The position numbers were made by a program, and so were the translations under genes. The notes beneath the pieces were generated by a model. That model was not told where the DNA came from. It did no database searches and saw only the letters and a program-made list of their open reading frames with translations. A DNA stretch of 64,000 nucleotides from Vicinamibacterales bacterium (GTDB lineage: Bacteria > Acidobacteriota > Vicinamibacteria > Vicinamibacterales > JAMQPK01), in the NCBI GenBank assembly GCA_963832375.1, contig CAWHUA010000008.1:1008133-1072132 (forward strand), in the 5' to 3' direction. Position 1 is the first letter of the stretch, and each line of letters begins with the position of its first letter. Shown in pieces: positions 40,930 to 48,745 of this stretch.

Positions 40930-41702
40930 TCTGTTAGTTGTGCGAGGCGTTCTTCGGTCGCGGGATGGGTTGACAGGTAGCGCAGCGCGCTCGGCGTGCC
41001 GGACGCGCCGCTCGCCATTTCAAGCCGCCGCAGCATGCCGGCCAGGTGGCTGAGCGGAATACCGTTCAGCTTCAGCACTTCAATCGCAAACGCATCGGCT
41101 TCGCGCTCGAGATCGCGCGAGTAGTTCGCCTCGAGCAGCGCCGCCGCGGCCGCGGGTGCCACCGCGCTGGCATCGCCGGCGATCCAGGCCACCACCAGGC
41201 CCATGAGCGAGCTCTGAACAATCCCGCGTAACCCGTGGTTGCCCTCGACGTGACCCGCCTCGTGCGCCAGCACGCCGAGAATCTCGCGGTCGTCCCGGGC
41301 CAGCGCCACCAGTCCGTCGGTCACGACGATGGTCCCCGACGGCAACGCCATGGCGTTGGCACCCAGAGCCTCGCTCTTCCGGAACTCGAGGCGGTACGAC
41401 CCGGTCGATTCGGCCGGCATCTTGAGCTGACGGAGCGCCGACTCGATCGACCGCTGCCGCTCACGCGGCAGCGCACTCGGCGTAAAGACCTCCTGGTCGA
41501 GCGACCGCATCGTTTCGCGGGTCAGCGCTTCCCGTACCGATCGCGGCATCCTCTCGGCTATCTCGCCCGCGACCAGGGGAATGCCATACACATAGGCCAT
41601 CACCACGAGCGCGATGCCCAGCAGGGGCAGAATCAGCAACCATCGCGGCAGGCGATCGCCCCACTGCGTATTCGGGGATGGCTGGGGCTGCTGCGGGATC
41701 AA
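40926..41702 (-). CDS. M48 metallopeptidase, single TM
   Basis: ANAMALPSG, HEAGH, EREAD, LSTHP; TATAGT 7 nt before TTG 41702. Confidence 0.88.
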   Translation of the reverse strand: MIPQQPQPSPNTQWGDRLPRWLLILPLLGIALVVMAYVYGIPLVAGEIAERMPRSVREALTRETMRSLDQEVFTPSALPRERQRSIESALRQLKMPAESTGSYRLEFRKSEALGANAMALPSGTIVVTDGLVALARDDREILGVLAHEAGHVEGNHGLRGIVQSSLMGLVVAWIAGDASAVAPAAAAALLEANYSRDLEREADAFAIEVLKLNGIPLSHLAGMLRRLEMASGASGTPSALRYLSTHPATEERLAQLTE

Positions 41703-41827
41703 TGACGGAACTATATCGCCATCGAGCGTTCGTGGCTGCGGCGGGCGTCCATGTGCAACGGCGTGCAGCCCTGTGCAGCAGTCGTGAGGCACTACCGTAC
41801 AGATCTGTAAGCGCCGACAAAAAGGGC

Positions 41828-42028
41828 ATGGAAAAACGCCTCTCCCTCGGCGAAGTACTCGACAAGTACCGGTTGATCTGCCCCAGGTGCCGTTGCAACG
41901 AAGCCATCGTGCTCATCGACATCGCCTTTGAAGTGACGTGGCAGTGTGTCGACTGCGAGACGCGCTGGCCGGCGAGCGATGCGGAAAGAGAGTTGCTGCT
42001 TGGTCCGTCTCTAAAGATGATCCATTAG
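41828..42028 (+). CDS. Small CxxC..CxxC zinc-ribbon protein
   Basis: 66 aa; CPRC..WQCVDC. Confidence 0.6.
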   Translation: MEKRLSLGEVLDKYRLICPRCRCNEAIVLIDIAFEVTWQCVDCETRWPASDAERELLLGPSLKMIH

Positions 42029-42029
42029 C

Positions 42030-42197
42030 CCCCGCACCTAAGTGCGTCAGGTGCGTTGGGTGCGTCAGGTGCGGAACGTCGGCACCTTCGCACTCATCGC
42101 ACCTCTCGCATCCGCCTTCGCGCTCCCACCGCACACTCGGAAAGAATTTCCCAAACAGGCAGAAATGTTCCTCGGCGTCTTTTGCGCCTCTGCGTCG
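42030..42197. repeat. Inverted 9-bp repeats (AGGTGCGTC / CGCACCTCT) plus a GCGTCTTTTGCGCCTCTGCGTC element
   Basis: Seen directly; intergenic. Confidence 0.65.
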
Positions 42198-42373
42198 TGT
42201 TTTGCCTGAAAATGGGCGAGCGGGGAGGCAAAACACGCCTCCCGTCGTTGGGGTTGGAATTTGCCGTCCGCCTTGAGGTGGGGACGAGCGCAGCTGATTC
42301 TAGAGATAGCAACGAGCGTGCCGTCGTTTTCGAGGCGTTTTTGGTCTCCTTTCACTACAACTAGAATCATCGA

Positions 42374-43540
42374 GTGAAGTTTTCCGCGCGTATCCTCGCC
42401 AGCCTCAGCTTCTGCCATCTGCTGAACGATCTGATGCAGTCGCTGCTGCCCTCGATCTACCCGCTCTTGAAGCAGACCTTTGGTCTCAGCTTCGGCCAGA
42501 TCGGCATCATCACGCTCGTCAATCAGATCATCGCGTCGGTGCTGCAGCCGGTAATCGGCGTGTATACGGATCGGCGGCCCCTGCCCTACTCGCTGGCGGC
42601 GGGCATGGCGTTCACGCTGGCGGGCATGGTGCTGCTCGCCTTTGGCCCGACTTACGGTGCCGTCATCGCCGCGTCCGCCTGCATCGGGCTCGGGTCGGCC
42701 GTGTTTCATCCTGAATCGTCCCGCGTCGCGCGTCTGGCCTCGGGAGGGCGCCACGGATTTGCGCAGGCATTCTTTCAAGTGGGCGGTAACGTCGGATCGG
42801 CTGTCGGCCCGCTCTGCGCGGCGTTCGTCGTGCTGCCCCACGGACGAAGCAGCATCGCCTGGTTCTCGCTGATGGCGATCGTGGGCATGCTGTTTCTGTG
42901 GAACGTCGGAAACTGGTACAGACAAACCACCGCGTTCACGGGGACCGCGGGCGCCGTGGTGACGCGCCAGACAGGACTGTCACGCAACCAGACGCGTGTC
43001 GCGCTGGCGTTGCTGCTCGGCCTGCTCTTCTCGAAGTATGTGTACCTCGCGAGCTTCGGCAGCTATTACACCTTCTACCTCATCCACCGCTTCAATCTGA
43101 CCGTGCGAAGCGCGCAGGTCCATCTCTTTTTCTTCCTGGGCGCGGTGGCCGCAGGCACGATTTTCGGCGGGCCCATCGGCGATCGTTTCGGACGGCGGCG
43201 GGTGATTCTCGGGTCGATTCTGGGCGTGCTGCCGTTTTCGCTGGCGCTGCCCTACGCCAATCTTTTCTGGACGCGCCTCCTGACGATCGTCATCGGCCTC
43301 ATCCTCGCATCGGCCTTCTCCGCCATCATCGTCTTTGCGCAGGAACTGGTGCCGGGCCGGGTGGGCGCCGTCGCCGGACTGTATTTCGGCTTTGCCTTCG
43401 GCATCGCCGGGCTCGGCGCCGCCGTGCTGGGCGAGCTCGCCGACCGCACCAACATTACGGTCGTCTATCACGTGTGCTCGTTCCTGCCGGCGATTGGCGT
43501 ATTGGGATTCTGGCTACCGAAGCTGGAACGCCGTGAATAA
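42374..43540 (+). CDS. fsr: MFS transporter, Fsr (fosmidomycin resistance) family
   Basis: HLLNDLMQS, FHPESSRVARLASGGRHGFAQAFFQVGGN, GDRFGRR. Confidence 0.9.
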   Translation: MKFSARILASLSFCHLLNDLMQSLLPSIYPLLKQTFGLSFGQIGIITLVNQIIASVLQPVIGVYTDRRPLPYSLAAGMAFTLAGMVLLAFGPTYGAVIAASACIGLGSAVFHPESSRVARLASGGRHGFAQAFFQVGGNVGSAVGPLCAAFVVLPHGRSSIAWFSLMAIVGMLFLWNVGNWYRQTTAFTGTAGAVVTRQTGLSRNQTRVALALLLGLLFSKYVYLASFGSYYTFYLIHRFNLTVRSAQVHLFFFLGAVAAGTIFGGPIGDRFGRRRVILGSILGVLPFSLALPYANLFWTRLLTIVIGLILASAFSAIIVFAQELVPGRVGAVAGLYFGFAFGIAGLGAAVLGELADRTNITVVYHVCSFLPAIGVLGFWLPKLERRE

Positions 43541-43559
43541 CATCTGTTACCCTCGGGCC

Positions 43560-44138
43560 ATGAAGGCACTGGTTATTGTGTTCCTGTCTGGGACCTCTCT
43601 GTTTGCTCAGGCGCCGGCGACGTGGCTCGACACGCCGCTCGCCAACTGGAACAAACCAGGCGCGCCGATTCCCGCGGCGGAACCTGCGCAAGACGAGCCC
43701 ATCGCGGCGCTGTCGACACGATGCGGCTATCTGCCGCTCCTCCAGACGACCGCCGGCGAGCGTGCGCTCGTCGCCGCAGGATGGGTTCCCTTCCGGATGT
43801 TCGACAAGCAGATCGTCGATCGCGACGTCGAAATCATCGGCGGCCTTGTCGGCGCCGACGGCATGTGCCGGCCGATGAACTTCAACGTGTTCGTGTTCGT
43901 CAACGGGCGGCTTGCCGGAACGCTGTCGCCGCAGACGATGGAATCGCGCACCGACGGCAGCATTGGCGGCGCGCTTCGTCTCGCCGCCGACGACACCATC
44001 CAGGCGGGATTTGCGCGCTACCTCGACTCGGACGCGCTCTGCTGTCCGTCGAGCCATGTCACGGTTCGATACGGGATCGACCGGAAGGTGACGCCGCCTG
44101 TTGTCGTTCCGGTCAGCGTTCGCGTCACGCGGCCATGA
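43560..44138 (+). CDS. LppP/LprE-like secreted protein
   Basis: WLDTPLANWN, DGMCRP, DALCCPS. Confidence 0.75.
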   Translation: MKALVIVFLSGTSLFAQAPATWLDTPLANWNKPGAPIPAAEPAQDEPIAALSTRCGYLPLLQTTAGERALVAAGWVPFRMFDKQIVDRDVEIIGGLVGADGMCRPMNFNVFVFVNGRLAGTLSPQTMESRTDGSIGGALRLAADDTIQAGFARYLDSDALCCPSSHVTVRYGIDRKVTPPVVVPVSVRVTRP

Positions 44139-44146
44139 TGTTCGCC

Positions 44147-44162
44147 GGGAACAGGTCTTGCT
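44147..44162 (+). promoter_or_regulatory. Putative sigma54 promoter
   Basis: GGGAAC-AGGTC-TTGCT (GG-N10-GC). Confidence 0.4.
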
Positions 44163-44174
44163 AAGGCTCCATGT

Positions 44175-44417
44175 ATGGGTATGAGCCGCCAGATCGGACA
44201 GTTCGCCACACGCAGAGCCACACGCAAGCTCACACGCGCCATTCCCTGGGTGGGCGCCGCGATCGCGCTCTTCACGCTCGGCGCCGCCATCAAACGCAAA
44301 GGTTTCTTCGGCGGCTCCCTCGACACGGCCCTCGACTTCACGCCCGTCGTCGGGACGTTGAAAAACGTGGCCGAGGTGGGACGCGGAAGGGATTTCATTC
44401 CCGACAGGGCCCGGTAG
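44175..44417 (+). CDS. Small hypothetical membrane-associated protein (PT-TG-like motif)
   Basis: 80 aa; ALDFTPVVGTLKNVAEVGRGRDFI. Confidence 0.7.
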   Translation: MGMSRQIGQFATRRATRKLTRAIPWVGAAIALFTLGAAIKRKGFFGGSLDTALDFTPVVGTLKNVAEVGRGRDFIPDRAR

Positions 44418-44488
44418 CTATCTCAACGCCAAGACGCAAAGACGCAGAGGCTTTGTTCCCAAGGCCGAGACTAGCGCCCGGAAACCCA

Positions 44489-44523
44489 TTGCCCGTTGCT
44501 ATTGAGAATGGTATTTTGATGGT
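44489..44523 (+). promoter_or_regulatory. sigma70 promoter of TA operon (leaderless)
   Basis: TTGCCC-17-TATTTT, 6 nt before GTG 44524. Confidence 0.5.
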
Positions 44524-44778
44524 GTGAAATCTACCATCGACAAGGCAGGCCGGGTCGTGATTCCGGCGGCCCTGCGCGAGCGGGCCGGCCTGACGCCTGG
44601 ATCGGAGCTCGACATCACGGAAGACGAGCTCGGCATTCACCTCAGGCGTGTCGCGCCAGGTCCTCGCCTCGTCAAAGTCGGCCGCCGTCTTGTCGCGCGA
44701 CCGACCGCTGCCGCAACCGAGCGTCCCCGCGTCGACATCGCGTCGCTCATCGAAGAAGAGCGCAACCGCTGGCCGTGA
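44524..44778 (+). CDS. AbrB/MazE/SpoVT-family antitoxin
   Basis: TIDKAGRVVIPAALRERAGLTPG. Confidence 0.92.
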   Translation: MKSTIDKAGRVVIPAALRERAGLTPGSELDITEDELGIHLRRVAPGPRLVKVGRRLVARPTAAATERPRVDIASLIEEERNRWP

Positions 44779-45242
44779 TGGTGTTCCTCGACACGAGCGT
44801 GCTTCTGGCCGGGCTCGTCGATTTCGGCCCGCAAAGCGCGCCCGCGCAGTCGGTGATGCACGCCGTCGCCGAAAAGCGTGTCAACGAGGTCGGCACGGCG
44901 TGGCACTGCTGCCTGGAATTTTTTTCCGTCGCGACCAGACTGCCGGCCGAGTTTCGCCTGACGCCAGCCGATGCCGCGCGGCTGCTCCAGGAAGAGGTGT
45001 TCTCGAGATTGGCCGTTCACGATCTGCCGTCGAACGATCGCGGGGCCATGCTGCAGGCCGCGGGCCGCGACGGCGTCGCAGGCGGCCGAATCTACGATTC
45101 CCACATTGCTGAGGTTGCCCGCGCCGCGGGCGCGACCGTCGTCGTCACCGACAATCGCCGCCATTTCGTGAGTGCGCTTCGCTACGGGATGAAGGTGGAA
45201 ACGCCTGCGGAGTTTCTTGCGGTTTTGAAGAAGCCAAAGTGA
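44775..45242 (+). CDS. vapC: PIN-domain toxin
   Basis: VFLDTSVL, LEFFSV, IYDSHIA, VVTDNRRHF. Confidence 0.9.
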   Translation: MMVFLDTSVLLAGLVDFGPQSAPAQSVMHAVAEKRVNEVGTAWHCCLEFFSVATRLPAEFRLTPADAARLLQEEVFSRLAVHDLPSNDRGAMLQAAGRDGVAGGRIYDSHIAEVARAAGATVVVTDNRRHFVSALRYGMKVETPAEFLAVLKKPK

Positions 45243-45359
45243 CCGGCTTTGGGTCCGGCGGAGAGGCGTTCGTCACGACGACAATTCGTTGACGGATATC
45301 CTTCTCTTCGTCTGTCCGAGCCATGCTGTCGGCCGGGTCAGAGAACAGACCCGGCCTAC

Positions 45360-45410
45360 TTTCCTTCGTATCTTCGTGTCGTGTGGTCGTGTCTTCGTGT
45401 GTCCGTCGTC
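45360..45410. repeat. Short degenerate tandem repeat (TCTTCGTG/GTCGTGT) between convergent genes
   Basis: Reverse complement resembles 62923-63047. Confidence 0.5.
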
Positions 45411-47142
45411 ACGCGGCTTCGATTCGGCCTCTTAACGCCGACAGCTCGGCGCTCAGATTGACGAGCTCGGCCTCTGTCGTTTCGAGCTTTTCTCCTTCAG
45501 CCCGCACGAAGCGACTGTACGGCGCGATGCTCGTGCGGATGCGATCGGACGCCCGCGCGATCTCCTTTTGGAACTGCGTCCGCAGGGCATCGCCGAGACG
45601 TTGCCGCACCTCCGCAATCTTCCGGCGCATCTCTTCCTTGCCCTTCTTCCGTTTGGCGGGAATGACGAAGAACCCGATGGTCGCAATCAGAGAGGCCATG
45701 ACCAGCCCGGTGACGTCGGCGGCCGCGGTCGAGGCGGCGACAGTGACAATCGCGCCGAGGCCGACGGCCCCTGCCCCGACAGCCGCCGCGGTGGCCACGG
45801 CATTGCGCGCACCATCGGCCAGATCGCTCGCCTCCTTCTGACGATCGTATCCATCCACGACGCGTTGTGCCTCGCGTCCGACGGAATCGATCATCCGGCG
45901 TCGGTCGAAATGGAAGCGCTCGGTGTCGGGGTTGTCGATAATCGCGCCCGCATATTGCTGGCGGCGTTTCGCCAGGTGCGCCGTCACCCCCTGCCAGTGC
46001 CGCAGATCGGCATCAATCATCCAGTCAATCAGCTCGCCGACCTTTCGATCGATCTGCTGCGGCGCATCGGCCACGACCTGGCGGCTGAAGGCCTCCTGAA
46101 CCCGGCTGCGATTCAACAGGTCCATCACCCGGCCGATGCGCATCGTGTCGTCGAAAAACATATGCCCGCGGCGCTCCATCTCGAGCAGCACGTTCTCGAC
46201 GTCGGCGATGCGCAGCCCGAAGTCGCGCTCCATGTCGCGCTGGTAAATGGCCAGCTGGTTTTCGACCTGTTCCAGCGTCGCGAAGTCGTCCTTCAGAAGC
46301 GCGCGGCGGTCGCGCACCGACGCGAGCTGTCGCGCAGCGACCGACGCGGCCACGCCGAGCGGGTTCAGCAGCTTGAGCTGCGCGCGGCCCGACGCATTCA
46401 GAGACGTCGACACATAGTTCTCGAGCGCCTCGAATCCGCTCGCCGCCCATACCGATGGCTCTCCTCGTTTCGCTCGAAGCGCCAGCTTCGAGCTGACGAA
46501 AAAGATGTCGGGCTCGAAGCCCAGCAGCGAACGCGCATTGCCGGCCACAAACGCCCGTATCTCGGACACCTGCGCCGGTCCTTCGAGAATGTCGCTTTTG
46601 TTCACGACAACGACAATTTTTTTGCCCCAGCCGCGAATGTGATCCATGAAGGCACGCTCGGTCTCGGTAAACGGACGATCCGCCGAGGTGACGAAGAACA
46701 CCAGATCGGATCGCGGAATGAACTCGGCGGTCATCGTCTCGTGCTCGCGAATGATGGCGTTGGTGCCCGGCGTGTCGACGATGCGAATCTCACGAAGCAG
46801 ATCGACCGGCGCCTTGATCACGAGCAGGTTTGCCTCGCGCACGGTTTGTTCGGCCGTTTCGCCATGCTCGAGCAGGGTGATCACGGCTGTGGTCGGCGTC
46901 ACGCCTTCCAGCATGAGCGGCTGGCCAACAAGCGCGTTGATGAATGCGCTCTTTCCGGCGTTGAATTCGCCGACAACGACGAGCAGGAACAGCTCGTCCA
47001 GTTGTGCGATGGACCGTTCGAGGGCCTGCTGCTGATCTGCGCTGGCGTCAGTACGCGCGAGCGACGCGCGGAGGCGCACGAGCACTCTCCGTTCCTCCCG
47101 GAGGAGCGCATCCTGTGTGGCTGAGAGAACGCGTGTCAGCAT
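45409..47142 (-). CDS. Bacterial dynamin-like GTPase with C-terminal hydrophobic hairpin
   Basis: G1 GEFNAGKS, G2 TPTT, G3 DTPG, G4 NKSD; coiled coil; two hydrophobic segments. Confidence 0.9.
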   Translation of the reverse strand: MLTRVLSATQDALLREERRVLVRLRASLARTDASADQQQALERSIAQLDELFLLVVVGEFNAGKSAFINALVGQPLMLEGVTPTTAVITLLEHGETAEQTVREANLLVIKAPVDLLREIRIVDTPGTNAIIREHETMTAEFIPRSDLVFFVTSADRPFTETERAFMDHIRGWGKKIVVVVNKSDILEGPAQVSEIRAFVAGNARSLLGFEPDIFFVSSKLALRAKRGEPSVWAASGFEALENYVSTSLNASGRAQLKLLNPLGVAASVAARQLASVRDRRALLKDDFATLEQVENQLAIYQRDMERDFGLRIADVENVLLEMERRGHMFFDDTMRIGRVMDLLNRSRVQEAFSRQVVADAPQQIDRKVGELIDWMIDADLRHWQGVTAHLAKRRQQYAGAIIDNPDTERFHFDRRRMIDSVGREAQRVVDGYDRQKEASDLADGARNAVATAAAVGAGAVGLGAIVTVAASTAAADVTGLVMASLIATIGFFVIPAKRKKGKEEMRRKIAEVRQRLGDALRTQFQKEIARASDRIRTSIAPYSRFVRAEGEKLETTEAELVNLSAELSALRGRIEAA

Positions 47143-47206
47143 AAGCGTTCGGGGATGCAGGAATCAGACCAAAGGGTCCGACCCCAGACGTCGAGGCTCC
47201 AGGATG

Positions 47207-48142
47207 CTATTCATTGAGGCGCCCAATCAAGGTCAGCAGCGCTCGATACGCCTGCGCCATGGCGCGCGGCTCGGCGAGCGACGGCGTATCGGCAGCGGTG
47301 TGAATGGTTCGCAGAACCTCGGGCATAAAACCCTGCGCCAACCCCGATTCCTTGCCCCCGTTGATAAGAAGCAGGAGCTGGTGTGCCTGCAGTTCGGGAA
47401 TCGCCGCGATAGACAACGTGGGAATCCCTGCCTTCTGAAAGCTCAAGTCGTCGCTCGGCGGCATCGTCGGAAATTCGACGCAGGCGCGAACCACTTCGAC
47501 GCAGGTTGCCCGCATCGCCTGGAAGAGGGCGTCGTTGGCGGTCGAGCGCGGCCCGAAGATGAGTGTGTCGCCGAAGGCGTTGACGTCGAGGTTCACCATC
47601 GCGCGTGTCTTCCGATCGCGGTGGTCCTGCGCGTATCTGGCCGACCCGAGCAGCCCCAGCTCTTCCATGTCGAAGAAGACGATGCGCACCTGGCTCGCCG
47701 GGCGCGTCTTCTGCCACGTTTCCGCCAGCCGGACCAGAATCAGAACGGACGCAGCGTTGTCGACGGCCCCTTTGCTGAGGGTGCCATCCTGTAACCGCAC
47801 GGCGTCGTAATGCGCGCCGATGACGATCTCGGGTTCCCGTCCTCGAATAGTGATGACGACGTTGCGGCCCTCGGTGCGCGACTCGGTCTTGCGCGGCTCG
47901 ATCGTGAACGGCTCGACCTCGAAGGAGATGCCGCGGGCTTTGAGCATCCCGGAGAGCGCATCGAACCGCGCCTCGTTCGACGATTGCCCCAGGCGCGCCA
48001 GATCGTCGGCGGCGGTTGCGAACAGCTGCTCGGCAACGGGCGCAGACACCACGGGCGCGGTGCGGGCCGCACAAGCTGACGCGGCGAAGAGGCCAAGAGA
48101 CAGAGCTAAAGCTCTGTGCCACCGAACTCCACGAACCATCAT
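47207..48142 (-). CDS. M28 family peptidase (lipoprotein)
   Basis: IGAHYD, GAVDNAAS, DMEELGLLGS, NLD, SDD, IHTAADT; ATGA overlap with upstream gene. Confidence 0.9.
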   Translation of the reverse strand: MMVRGVRWHRALALSLGLFAASACAARTAPVVSAPVAEQLFATAADDLARLGQSSNEARFDALSGMLKARGISFEVEPFTIEPRKTESRTEGRNVVITIRGREPEIVIGAHYDAVRLQDGTLSKGAVDNAASVLILVRLAETWQKTRPASQVRIVFFDMEELGLLGSARYAQDHRDRKTRAMVNLDVNAFGDTLIFGPRSTANDALFQAMRATCVEVVRACVEFPTMPPSDDLSFQKAGIPTLSIAAIPELQAHQLLLLINGGKESGLAQGFMPEVLRTIHTAADTPSLAEPRAMAQAYRALLTLIGRLNE

Positions 48143-48745
48143 GATCGGTATGGTATTTCCCCGAACATCGGCAGCCCCGCGGCCTTGATGATGTCGGTCA
48201 GGCCCTGACGAGTGTGAAATTCCATCCCGTCCCGGTTGACGACGACCGTGTTGGGATAGCCGGGCGCCAGCCGGCGGAACTCGGCGTCGATCAGGCGGAA
48301 ACGCCGCACCATGTTTTCGGCAGCCTCGTGCGGGCGGTTGCGCAGCCTGATGTGCTTTTCGATCGTGTCCACGCTCGACGTCAGCACGATGACCTTCTCG
48401 GGATTCCACCAGTCGCCGATCGACAGCACCTCGCTGAAGGGCCGGATGGTCCTGGGCTGGGTACTCGGCCATGTGCGCTTCGAGCGTGATGCGCGCCCCC
48501 TCGAAGAAGATCACCCGGTCGGGCCGGTCGTGCTCGGCCGCGTCGCGGTAGTTCGCGTCGTAGATGCGGGCGAAATACTCGGTGACGCCCACCGCGTTCC
48601 GGCCGGCGGCGATGTCTTCGAGCATGCGGCGGTCCCACACGCCCTCCTCGCCCTCTCCGTAGGTGCCGTTGTGATAGAGGTCGCCAAGCTGGCGAATCAG
48701 CGTGCTCTTGCCGATTCCGGGGCCTCCGACGATGGCGACACGCAT
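48139..48745 (-). CDS. P-loop kinase, deoxynucleoside/thymidylate-kinase-like; one frameshift near 48430
   Basis: MRVAIVGGPGIGKSTL, VIFFEG, PEKVIVL..IRLRNRPHE lid (ORF 48139..48429 supplies the C-terminus). Confidence 0.75.

Noticed and set aside
47207-48745. 512-aa P-loop kinase-M28 peptidase fusion in the ORF track
   Set aside because: Caused by a frameshift near 48430. The kinase C-terminus is in another frame, and the peptidase has its own start and signal peptide.
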